A DNA stretch of 64,000 nt from an uncultured delta proteobacterium (GTDB lineage Bacteria > Desulfobacterota > Desulfomonilia > Desulfomonilales > Desulfomonilaceae). Below the pieces are notes generated by a model. The model was given only the letters and a program-made list of their open reading frames with translations. It did not search any database and was not told where the DNA came from. Both the position numbers and the translations under genes were made by a program. The DNA lies in contig CAWBKB010000005.1 in NCBI GenBank assembly GCA_963789265.1, forward strand, positions 32,001-96,000, written 5' to 3'. Below, piece by piece: positions 31,713-40,593 of the stretch (position 1 is its first letter; every line of letters starts with the position of its first letter).

Positions 31713-32324
31713 ATGAATCACAGAGAGATAGAGCGCTGGTATAGGCTGAGAAACGTCAAACGAGCGTCCCAGATACTAGTCGTGGTTGCAGTGGCCTTTC
31801 TAGTGTGCGGATATGCAGTTTCTCGTTTTGTACGGGGAGGGTCTGATATGCCGGCCCCTCCGGGAGGGACCGAAGGCAGTATACGAATAGACAATTTTTC
31901 ATACTCTTCGCCGGGCGCGCATCCCTGGGAACTTCGGGCTGCCTCAGCTATCGTTGCCGACTCCCTCGACTCGGTCAAGTTGAAGGGACCGAAAGTAGTT
32001 TATCACGGGGGAGCCGGCGGAAAGATTTTTTTGACTGCAAAATCCGGCACTTTAGACCGCAAGAGCAGTGATGTTTCCGCCTGTGGAGACGTAACCATTC
32101 AGTACAAGAATTTTCTCTTCTCGACAGGTGAACTGGATTACTCGCATAAGAAGCGACTCGCTGAGACATCCTCCCCGGTATCTTTGGAAGGCGGAGACCT
32201 TCGCCTGACCGGGAAAGGGTTGAAGGTGTCGGTGGACCGCGAAGAGATGGTAATCGAGGATGATGTTAGGGCCCGTCTTTTCAACGTAAAGTGGGTGGAG
32301 CCCAACGGACGACTGCCCATGTGA
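31713..32324 (+). CDS. lptC: LPS export protein LptC
   Basis: Single TM followed by a beta-jellyroll-like region (WELRA, LTGKGL); position between kdsC and lptA. Confidence 0.8.
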   Translation: MNHREIERWYRLRNVKRASQILVVVAVAFLVCGYAVSRFVRGGSDMPAPPGGTEGSIRIDNFSYSSPGAHPWELRAASAIVADSLDSVKLKGPKVVYHGGAGGKIFLTAKSGTLDRKSSDVSACGDVTIQYKNFLFSTGELDYSHKKRLAETSSPVSLEGGDLRLTGKGLKVSVDREEMVIEDDVRARLFNVKWVEPNGRLPM

Positions 32325-32340
32325 CAGGGAGAGACTCCCA

Positions 32341-32943
32341 ATGATGCACAAAATGGCCGGCATGATGGTCTTTCTGGTTATTGGCTGTCTATTGACCGGA
32401 GCGCAAGCAGCCAACGAGTATCTTTCGCTCGGCAAGGGCTCGGACCAACCTATCAAAATCAGGTCTAAGAAAGCCAGCGCAAAAATGACACCTGACGGAA
32501 AGGAAGTTACTTTCTGGGAGAACGTGAGGGTGAATCAGGGCGATGTGGCCTTGACCTGCGATAGGCTGGTCGTTCTCTACGACGAGAAGACGGGACGCGG
32601 GGCGACCGAAGAAAGAGCAAGAAAGCTTCCCCTGGACCTGGAAAAAGTCAGTCATATCAAGTCAATTACGGCATCAGGCAATGTGAAGATCGTTCAAGAC
32701 CAACGGATGGCCGTAGCCGGTAAGGCCCTGTACGATAACGTGAAGCGGACCATCACGCTTACGGAGGGACCCCCTCGTCTCTGGCAGGGCCCGGACGTGA
32801 TGATTGCCGATACCATTGTCGTCTACCTCGATGAGAACCGTGTAGACGTCCGGAGCCGAGACGGGAAAGACAACGGCATCAGACTCGAAATAAATCCCGA
32901 TAAGCCAAAGAAGGAGAAGTTGACGCGGAAACGAGGGAACTGA
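32341..32943 (+). CDS. lptA: LPS export periplasmic protein LptA
   Basis: Signal peptide; PIKIRS, FWENVRVNQGD, ASGNVKI, KALYD; operon position. Confidence 0.85.
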   Translation: MMHKMAGMMVFLVIGCLLTGAQAANEYLSLGKGSDQPIKIRSKKASAKMTPDGKEVTFWENVRVNQGDVALTCDRLVVLYDEKTGRGATEERARKLPLDLEKVSHIKSITASGNVKIVQDQRMAVAGKALYDNVKRTITLTEGPPRLWQGPDVMIADTIVVYLDENRVDVRSRDGKDNGIRLEINPDKPKKEKLTRKRGN

Positions 32944-32954
32944 AGGCTCAAGGT

Positions 32955-33653
32955 TTGGTAAAGGAATACGGAGGCCAACGCGTGGTAAATGACGTGAGCA
33001 TCCGTATTCGTTCAGGCCAGGTTGTGGGTTTACTTGGTCCAAATGGAGCCGGTAAGACGACCACGTTCTATATAATCACTGGGCTGGTAAAACCGGACAA
33101 GGGTGAAGTTTACCTGGACGACCAGGAAATATCCCAACTCCCGGTGTACCTGCGGGCTCGACTGGGGATAAATTATTTGCCCCAGGAGACCTCTGTTTTC
33201 CGGAAGCTTACTGTGGGCGAAAACATCATGGCCATTCTTGAAACCGTGGAATCAGACAGAATTCGCCGTAATGCAAGGCTTGAAGAACTACTGGCAGAGC
33301 TGGACATCGCTGCCTTGAAAGACCAGAGAGCTGACAGCCTCTCCGGAGGTCAGAAAAGGCGGCTGGAAATCACTCGTGCCCTTGTAACCGACCCGGATTT
33401 CATTCTACTGGATGAGCCGTTTGCAGGACTGGATCCGATTGTGGTTTTGGAGATCCAGAAGATCATTGCAAAGCTCAGAGATCGCGGAATAGGAGTTGTG
33501 ATTACCGATCACAACACTAGAGAGACCCTTGGCGTTTGTGATATGATATATCTTCTGGATAAAGGCCGAATCCTCGAACACGGAAATCCCCAAGCTATAG
33601 CGTCCAGCGAACGCGCCAGAGAAATCTACCTCGGCAAACAATTCAGTATGTGA
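32955..33653 (+). CDS. lptB: LPS export ABC ATPase LptB (true start may lie about 30 nt upstream)
   Basis: GPNGAGKTT, YLPQETSVFRKL, LSGGQ, LLDEPFAG, ITDHN, YLG. Confidence 0.95.
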   Translation: MVKEYGGQRVVNDVSIRIRSGQVVGLLGPNGAGKTTTFYIITGLVKPDKGEVYLDDQEISQLPVYLRARLGINYLPQETSVFRKLTVGENIMAILETVESDRIRRNARLEELLAELDIAALKDQRADSLSGGQKRRLEITRALVTDPDFILLDEPFAGLDPIVVLEIQKIIAKLRDRGIGVVITDHNTRETLGVCDMIYLLDKGRILEHGNPQAIASSERAREIYLGKQFSM

Positions 33654-33657
33654 CCAA

Positions 33658-35091
33658 ATGGCACTTGAGATAAAACAGCAGTTGCGTCAGACCCAGCAAC
33701 TGGTTATGACGCCCCAACTACAGCAAGCAATCAAGCTTCTTCAATATAATCATCTCGAAGTCCTTGATGCTGTGGACCAAGAACTGAAGGAGAACCCTCT
33801 CCTGGAGGCCTCCTCATACGACGAACCCTTCTCTGAAGATGAATCCGACGTAAGGAACGATCTCAGCTCTCTCGAGGATCTCGCAAGAGAACCGGAGACT
33901 CCCGATCAGGGAGACATTTTCGACGTAGATTGGGAAAATTACTTGGAGAGCTATGGAGGCGACTATGCTCCGGCACAAAGGGATTATGAAAACCGACCGC
34001 CTCTTGAAAATATGGTCACTTACCAGGAGACCCTGTTTCAATATCTTCTGCACCAGCTTCAACTCAGTCACATCGAGGGCGATGACCGAAGAATAGCCTT
34101 AGAAATTATTGGTAATGTGGACGAAAACGGTTACCTCGACGCGGAACTTCAAGAGCTGGCGGCTTCTTTGGAAGTTCCATTAGAAGATGTCGAGCGAATA
34201 TTGGCAGAAGTTCAGAAATTCGACCCTCGCGGTGTCGCTGCACGTAATTTCAAAGAATGCCTGATTATACAGATTAAGGCCCTCGATCCGCCTCATCCTC
34301 TGGCCGAGCGGATTCTCGATGAGACCTTTGAACTCTTCCAGCAAGGAAAACTTGACCACGTGGCCCGAAAACTTAAGGTTTCCCTCGATGAAGTAAAGGA
34401 GGCCGCGAAAGTCATCTGCTCTGCCGACCCCAAGCCGGGCAGACCTTTTGTGAGTTCTGACACCGTTTATGTTGTCCCCGACATTTATGTGGTACGAACA
34501 GGAAAAGACTACACGGTTGTACTCAACGACGATGGGCTGCCCAGGCTCAAAATAAGCTCCTTTTACCAAAGGGAACTGCACTCCAACGGTTGCTCTTCGG
34601 TCACGAAGGATTATATTCAAGAGAAGATGCGAGGGGCAATGTGGCTGATCAAGAGCATTCATCAGCGACAGAGGACCATTAACCGGGTTGCTCAGTCCAT
34701 TATTAAATTTCAGCGAGAGTTCTTTGATAAGGGGATTGATTATCTCAGGCCGCTGATTTTGAAAGATGTGGCGGATGACATTGAGATGCATGAATCGACC
34801 ATAAGCCGCGTTACCACCAACAAGTACATGCATACTCCGCGTGGCATCTTCGAACTCAAATACTTCTTCAATTCGGGAATACGACATGGGAACGATGCTG
34901 TGGCGTCGGAGTCTGTGAAGAATCAAATCTTACGCATTGTGAAAAACGAAAATCCGAAAAAGCCGGCCAGCGACAAACAAATAGTGGAGGAGTTGGCTAA
35001 GTGCGAAATACATATTGCCCGACGCACCATAGCTAAGTACAGAGAATTAATGGGTATACAGCCATCAAGTAAGCGAAGAAAGAAATTCTGA
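33658..35091 (+). CDS. rpoN: RNA polymerase sigma-54 factor
   Basis: TPQLQQAIKLLQ, HESTISRVT, ARRTIAKYR RpoN box. Confidence 0.98.
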   Translation: MALEIKQQLRQTQQLVMTPQLQQAIKLLQYNHLEVLDAVDQELKENPLLEASSYDEPFSEDESDVRNDLSSLEDLAREPETPDQGDIFDVDWENYLESYGGDYAPAQRDYENRPPLENMVTYQETLFQYLLHQLQLSHIEGDDRRIALEIIGNVDENGYLDAELQELAASLEVPLEDVERILAEVQKFDPRGVAARNFKECLIIQIKALDPPHPLAERILDETFELFQQGKLDHVARKLKVSLDEVKEAAKVICSADPKPGRPFVSSDTVYVVPDIYVVRTGKDYTVVLNDDGLPRLKISSFYQRELHSNGCSSVTKDYIQEKMRGAMWLIKSIHQRQRTINRVAQSIIKFQREFFDKGIDYLRPLILKDVADDIEMHESTISRVTTNKYMHTPRGIFELKYFFNSGIRHGNDAVASESVKNQILRIVKNENPKKPASDKQIVEELAKCEIHIARRTIAKYRELMGIQPSSKRRKKF

Positions 35092-35134
35092 GTCAAAGGA
35101 CCGCGAGCCAAGGTCCTTCTAAGGAGGTAACTCT

Positions 35135-35677
35135 ATGCAACTTTCTGTGACCTTTAGACATTTGGAATCATCTGACGCCCTGAAGCATTACGTTCAAGAA
35201 AGAACCTCACGACTGACCAAGTACATAGACAGACCTTTGGAAAGCCAGGTTACCCTCTCGGTACAAAAGTTCATGCAGACAGCCGACGTGGTAATCAACG
35301 CCGACGGAATCCGTATTGCCGGCCAAGAGTCTCATGAAGATATGTATGCCGCTATAGATTTGGTCATGGACAAAATCGAGCGCCAGGTAAAGAAGTACAA
35401 GGGCAAAATCAGGAAACATAAACCATCTCAGGGAAAACAAATCACGTGGCGTCGAGACATCTACGAACAGGAGAGCTTCGAGGATGACCGGGAACCGGTG
35501 GTGGTGCGGACAGAAAACTATTTCGTTAAACCAATGTCCGTGGACGAGGCGGCAATGCAGATGGATCTGTCGCAACAGGAGTTTCTCGTGTTCAACAATG
35601 CTTCCACACAGACGGTAAACGTGCTATATCGGCGCAAAGATGGCAACTACGGTCTCATAGTCCCGCAGTCGTCTTAG
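35135..35677 (+). CDS. hpf: Long-type ribosome hibernation promoting factor
   Basis: DMYAAID, KPMSVDEA, YRRKDGNYG; AAGGAGG RBS. Confidence 0.95.
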   Translation: MQLSVTFRHLESSDALKHYVQERTSRLTKYIDRPLESQVTLSVQKFMQTADVVINADGIRIAGQESHEDMYAAIDLVMDKIERQVKKYKGKIRKHKPSQGKQITWRRDIYEQESFEDDREPVVVRTENYFVKPMSVDEAAMQMDLSQQEFLVFNNASTQTVNVLYRRKDGNYGLIVPQSS

Positions 35678-35898
35678 CAGTGAAATAAGAGCCTTCAGAC
35701 TGTCCGATGAGTGCAACTGCAATCGGACAAACCGCCCGGTTAAAGAGAGAACTCTGAACCGGGCAATGTATATCACGGTGGATTGCCGGCTGAAGCGGAA
35801 CTGGTATCCATTACGGCCATTAAGCCTTGCTCCGATTGAATCGGTGAGGGATCCGGTTTCGATTGAGGAGTTGGGCGGCTACCCTTAGAGTATCGTAT

Positions 35899-36363
35899 AT
35901 GAGAATTCTTGATTTCCTTCGTCCTGAAGCAATAATTTCATCACTGGAAGCCGACTCGAAAGCGGAAGTCCTCGAGCAACTTGTCGAACCTATTGCTAAA
36001 TCGAACCCCAGCATGGACAAGTCTCTTCTGGTCGAAACTCTGATCGAGCGGGAAAACCTTGGAAGCACCGGCATTGGCGGGGGGGTGGCCATTCCTCACG
36101 GGAAGTTCGACGGTCTTGGCGGGCTCGTGGCCAGTTTCGGAAAAAGCTCCAAAGGCATAAATTTCTGCTCCATGGATCACAGGCCGGCGTTTTTGTTTTT
36201 CCTTCTCATTGCCCCAAAAGATTCGGCCGGCGAGCATCTTAAAGCATTGGCCCGGATCTCACGGCTGTTCAAAGATCCCCTGTTGAAGAGCAGTCTTCAA
36301 CACGCAACATCCGCAGGGGAGATTTACGGTATCCTGCAAGATTACGACTCACGGCTGCCCTGA
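35899..36363 (+). CDS. ptsN: PTS IIA-like nitrogen regulatory protein
   Basis: ERENLGSTGIGGGVAIPHG, HLKALARISR. Confidence 0.92.
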   Translation: MRILDFLRPEAIISSLEADSKAEVLEQLVEPIAKSNPSMDKSLLVETLIERENLGSTGIGGGVAIPHGKFDGLGGLVASFGKSSKGINFCSMDHRPAFLFFLLIAPKDSAGEHLKALARISRLFKDPLLKSSLQHATSAGEIYGILQDYDSRLP

Positions 36364-36380
36364 TTCATTTCGGTGAATTT

Positions 36381-36986
36381 CTACAACTTCGCGAAATTAG
36401 CTAGGATCTTTAAGCCGTTCTCTTGGCTCTTCTCGGGATGAAACTGAACCGCGAAGATGTTGTCCCGGGTCACAGCGCAAGTAAATGTGATTCCGTACTG
36501 GGTTTCGCCTGCCACGTCCGCGCTGTCGTCCGGAAGCACATAATAGGAATGCACAAAATAAAAGTGGCAGCCATCCGGAATCCCTCGAAAGATCGGGACA
36601 TCCTTACGGAAGAATACCTGGTTCCATCCCATGTGAGGTATCTTCAAATCCATATTACGGTTGAACTCTTTTACTGCTCCTCGAATTACTTTCAAACCTT
36701 CATGAAGGCCGAATTCTTCAGATTCGTCAAATAGGAGTTGTAGCCCCAAACAGATTCCGAGAAAAGGACGCCTTGATTTGATAAATTCCAAAATCGGTTC
36801 GACTAAATTCAGGCGGGACAGATTCTTCATGCATTCCGGAAATGCCCCCACGCCCGGTAAGACAAGGGCATCGGCTTTTCGGATCTCTTCGGGGTCCCTT
36901 GCGATCACGGCACGGGACCCTATTCGTTCGAATCCCTTCTGAACGCTTCGCAAATTTCCCATCCCATAGTCGACGATAACTATCAT
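36381..36986 (-). CDS. hisH: Imidazole glycerol phosphate synthase, glutaminase subunit
   Basis: DYGMGNL, LPGVG, GICLG, PHMGWN, YFVHSY, QFHPEKS. Confidence 0.97.
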   Translation of the reverse strand: MIVIVDYGMGNLRSVQKGFERIGSRAVIARDPEEIRKADALVLPGVGAFPECMKNLSRLNLVEPILEFIKSRRPFLGICLGLQLLFDESEEFGLHEGLKVIRGAVKEFNRNMDLKIPHMGWNQVFFRKDVPIFRGIPDGCHFYFVHSYYVLPDDSADVAGETQYGITFTCAVTRDNIFAVQFHPEKSQENGLKILANFAKL

Positions 36987-37028
36987 CAAGACCTCGACCA
37001 AATTCGAAATACGATTTGTTATTATAAC

Positions 37029-37649
37029 CTATTCTAGTATTCCTTTGGTGGAAGGCACACCTGCGACTCTGGGGTCCAGCTCTACGGCTTGACGTAATGC
37101 CCGGCCTAGAGCCTTGAAAATTGCTTCGGCCGCGTGATGAGGATTGTCCGCGGCATGCACCGTTGCATGCAGAGTCACGCCGGCGCGATCTGCCATGGCT
37201 TGAAGGAACACCGGCACGAGGTCCAGAGAGAACCCGCCGGCACTTCTACCTCCCAGCGGGTTGGAAAACACCAAAAGAGGGCGCCCGGAAAGATCGATTG
37301 CCACCGATGCCAGGGCTTCATCCATAGGGAGCATGGCAAATCCGTATCTCCGAATTCCTTGCTTGTCTTCAAGGGCCTTCCTCAGAGCCTCCCCAAAGCA
37401 GAGTCCCACATCTTCCACGGTGTGATGGTGGTCAACGTGGAGGTCACCCTTGGCTGTGATGTCCAGGTCCAGGAGTCCGTGTCGAGCAATATGATCCAAC
37501 ATGTGATCCAAGAAGCCGATTCCCGTGGAAATGCGCGCTCTTCCTGTCCCCTCCAGAGCTACCTTTATATGCACATTCGTCTCGGCTGTTTTGCGAGAAA
37601 TTTCGGCCTCTCTGATGACAGTCCGCTTTTCGACCGGTCTACGCGTCAC
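37029..37649 (-). CDS. hisB: Imidazoleglycerol-phosphate dehydratase
   Basis: FLDHML, DHHHTVEDVG, PMDEAL, NPHHAAEAIFKA, PSTKG. Confidence 0.97.
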   Translation of the reverse strand: MTRRPVEKRTVIREAEISRKTAETNVHIKVALEGTGRARISTGIGFLDHMLDHIARHGLLDLDITAKGDLHVDHHHTVEDVGLCFGEALRKALEDKQGIRRYGFAMLPMDEALASVAIDLSGRPLLVFSNPLGGRSAGGFSLDLVPVFLQAMADRAGVTLHATVHAADNPHHAAEAIFKALGRALRQAVELDPRVAGVPSTKGILE

Positions 37650-38911
37650 AATATTTCGTCCTTTTCACGTCGGATGTCCGCCCCAAGATTTGATAGCTTA
37701 TCTTCGATATGCTCGTAACCACGATCCAAGTGGTAGACCCTGTGAATTTCGGTTGCTCCTTCCGCGGCCAAACCCGCCAGGATCAGCGACGCGCTGGCCC
37801 GGAGATCTGTGGCTTGAACATGCGCACCTGAGAGTTTGCCAACACCATCAATTTTGGCGGTTCGTCCTGTTACCCTTATGCGAGCACCCATACGCATCAG
37901 TTCCTGAACATGCATAAAGCGGTTTTCGAAAACGTTTTCGGTAATCTGGGCCTGGGCGTTCCCTAAGGCCATAAGGGCCATGTATTGCGCCTGAAAGTCG
38001 GTTGCAAATCCGGGATAAGGGTCAGTAACGACATCACGACTCTTTATTGCCCCGTTGGAAGCGACCCTGACCTCATGTTCGGAAACGTCCACTTTCAGTC
38101 CGGCTTCTTCGAGTTTTTCGAGCAAAGCTTCCAGGTGGTTCGACTCGCAATCGCATACTCGGATGTCTCCGCGAGTGATCGCAGCGGCCATCATGTACGT
38201 GCCCGCCTCGATCCGATCCGGCATCAATTTGTGAACCGTTCCGTGAAGAGAGCCTTTTCCTTCTATCACCAAGGTGTCAGTGCCCGCCCCCTCGACGCTG
38301 CCGCCCATCTTGTTGATGACCTCGGCAAGTTCTGTTACTTCCGGCTCGATGGCACAGTTGCGGAGTATGGTGGTTCCACGGGCCAGGGCTGCCGCCATCA
38401 TGAGGTTTTCCGTACCAGTGACTGTCTTGAGGTCAAATGTAAAGTCGGTTCCTTTAAGTTTTCGGGACCGGGCTTGTACGTAACCATTTCGAAGTTCGAT
38501 GGTTGCGCCCATAGCTGCCAGTCCTTTGAGATGCTGGTCGATAGGCCTGGCCCCAATGGCACACCCCCCGGGAAGGCTTACGTCCGCCCTTCCTACTCGA
38601 GCCATCAAAGGACCCAAGACCATGACCGAAGCCCTCATGGTTTTCACAAGCTCGTAGGGGGCCGTATGATCTGCAAGCTCCCTGGCCTTGATCCTCAGCG
38701 CTCCGGTCGTTACGTCATCAAGCTGAACGCCGAGATGCAGCAATAATTGCTTGGTGGTTCGGATATCTTTGAGTGCCGGGACCCGCTGGAAGACCATCTC
38801 TTCCTCGGACAATAAAGAAGCGCACAAAGCAGGCAAAGCTGCATTCTTCGAGCCGCTGATTTCGACCGTTCCTCTCAGTGGTACGCCTCCGCGGATCACA
38901 ATCTTTTCCAT
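37646..38911 (-). CDS. murA: UDP-N-acetylglucosamine 1-carboxyvinyltransferase
   Basis: SGSKNAALP, LPGGCAIGARP, DRIEAGT, FENRFMH, TDLRA, HLDRGY. Confidence 0.98.
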   Translation of the reverse strand: MEKIVIRGGVPLRGTVEISGSKNAALPALCASLLSEEEMVFQRVPALKDIRTTKQLLLHLGVQLDDVTTGALRIKARELADHTAPYELVKTMRASVMVLGPLMARVGRADVSLPGGCAIGARPIDQHLKGLAAMGATIELRNGYVQARSRKLKGTDFTFDLKTVTGTENLMMAAALARGTTILRNCAIEPEVTELAEVINKMGGSVEGAGTDTLVIEGKGSLHGTVHKLMPDRIEAGTYMMAAAITRGDIRVCDCESNHLEALLEKLEEAGLKVDVSEHEVRVASNGAIKSRDVVTDPYPGFATDFQAQYMALMALGNAQAQITENVFENRFMHVQELMRMGARIRVTGRTAKIDGVGKLSGAHVQATDLRASASLILAGLAAEGATEIHRVYHLDRGYEHIEDKLSNLGADIRREKDEIL

Positions 38912-39192
38912 GACTCCTCTTTTCTCTCAGCCCTGGTGGACGCGTATACCCCTCACCATTTGGGGTCCGGCCGCCGGGTATATATTCACCTTCAAATAGC
39001 CGCAAGACATCGGGCAAAACGTCTTCGGTGGCTGTATACCATCTTCGGAGGGCATGTGCAACAGATTCAACCGGACTGCCGAACCTGAGATGATCGGCAA
39101 AGCTCTGTTTGGAGAAGAACGTTCCGTGGCCAACCACAATGGCGTCAACGTCATGGACGTTGGTGCCTACAAACTTGACATTCCTCAAATTC

Positions 39193-39209
39193 GGCAAATA
39201 TCGTGCCAG
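39193..39209 (-). promoter_or_regulatory. Candidate sigma-54 (-24/-12) promoter upstream of murA
   Basis: Minus strand CTGGCACGATATTTGCC matches TGGCAC-N5-TTGC; intergenic. Confidence 0.5.
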
Positions 39210-39569
39210 TGGCTCCTGTCTGCGCAAGGCCGTCCTGAACCGCAGATCGGCGAAGTCAAAGCTAGTGGTGTGACTTTTGCACCATTTTTTACCATCTTTC
39301 CTTCTCTAAAACTGTACGATCAGGCGAAGCCCGGAGAGGTGACTCTCGTGGGAAGTTCTGAAACGCCTTTCAGAATAGAGAAATGCTTGTAATCAGCCCA
39401 CGGATCGTACACCAATGGGCTCAAAGGGGGAGATAATTTAGCGTCACTGGTTCTCTTCGCAGCCCCTTCCAACCTGGGATGAGGCTGTTGAGTGAGTCAT
39501 CAGCGCGTTTTTTTGTCGGCTGGAATACTTGGCCGGCCGCAGATTTCTCAAATGGAAGGAGATCGTTAG

Positions 39570-39854
39570 ATGACGAAACCTGAAATCGTGGCTTTCATTG
39601 CCGAACGAGCTGAGATTAGCAAAAAAGCCGCTACCGCTGTCCTGGACACCATCGTTGACACCATCCACTCCGCACTGAAAGCAAAAGAAGGAAGGATACG
39701 AATTTCTGCCCTTGGAACTTTCAGAGTAGTCCAAATGAATGCCCGCAGAGGAGTTAATCCGCGCACGGGCAAGAAAATGACGATTCCAGCCATGAGGGTT
39801 CCCCGGTTTTCTCCTGCCAAAGCCCTCAAGGAGACAGTCCGAGGAAAAAAATAG
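39570..39854 (+). CDS. hup: HU family DNA-binding protein
   Basis: LGTFRV, ARRGVNPRTG, VPRFSPAKALK; AAGGAG RBS. Confidence 0.93.
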   Translation: MTKPEIVAFIAERAEISKKAATAVLDTIVDTIHSALKAKEGRIRISALGTFRVVQMNARRGVNPRTGKKMTIPAMRVPRFSPAKALKETVRGKK

Positions 39855-39970
39855 TTGCTGGACGTCCTCGGATGTGGGAATATCACTCTGCATTCATATT
39901 TCGCCGAAAAGACGTGATAGGCATAATTGCCGGGCTCTTTTGTGAAGTGTAGACGTTTTGGGAGGGAGGA

Positions 39971-40549
39971 ATGTCCTGTTCGAGGGGACTTTTCGGCGCG
40001 GCAGGGGTCGCGGTCCTTGTGCTGGGCCTGGTGGGGACTTCCTGGGCCTTTAGCATGCGTTACGCAATGTACGGTCGAGCAAGAGTGGTGCGGGTGGAGT
40101 CACCCAATCTGCTGATCGTGAAAATGCTCGACCGAGGCTCCATAATCCCTATCCGTCTGCTCGGAGTAGGGTCGCCGCTCAACCGAGATCGAATAAAGCA
40201 TCTCAGTCCGGAGATCTTCCTTTACATAAGGAAGAACGATCTGTGGAAGATCTCGCGTGAGTACGTCCAATCCCTTCTGAAGAAGAGGGTGGTGGAAGTC
40301 TGGGATAGGAAGTGGGATCGGTTCGACGACAAACATCGATTGCTCGCTTATATTTTGATCCCGAACCGAGCCAACGCCCCTTTGGATCTGAATGGTGAAA
40401 TCATAAGAAACGGTTTGGGTTTTGTGACTAGAGACTATGTGCACGTTACCTTCGCGACTTACAGGCACTTTGAGGAGAACGCAAAGAAGAATCATCGCGG
40501 GATCTGGAAGGGGCTCTCCATGAGCCGCCTTTCCTCATTGAAGCAGTAG
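39971..40549 (+). CDS. Secreted thermonuclease (SNase)-fold protein with a degenerate active site
   Basis: IRLLGV, DDKHRLLAYI, LNGEIIRNGLG, AKKNHRGIW; the acidic Ca-binding motifs are missing. Confidence 0.75.
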   Translation: MSCSRGLFGAAGVAVLVLGLVGTSWAFSMRYAMYGRARVVRVESPNLLIVKMLDRGSIIPIRLLGVGSPLNRDRIKHLSPEIFLYIRKNDLWKISREYVQSLLKKRVVEVWDRKWDRFDDKHRLLAYILIPNRANAPLDLNGEIIRNGLGFVTRDYVHVTFATYRHFEENAKKNHRGIWKGLSMSRLSSLKQ

Positions 40550-40593
40550 CGCGTCCAGTGTTATGAATTGAAACATTCCTGCCGCCGCGGTGC

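Noticed and set aside
39054..39392. ORF starting MCNRF, resembling the N-terminus of SRAP/HMCES proteins
   Set aside because: No further SRAP motifs, too short, and it overlaps the candidate sigma-54 promoter on the other strand; probably chance.
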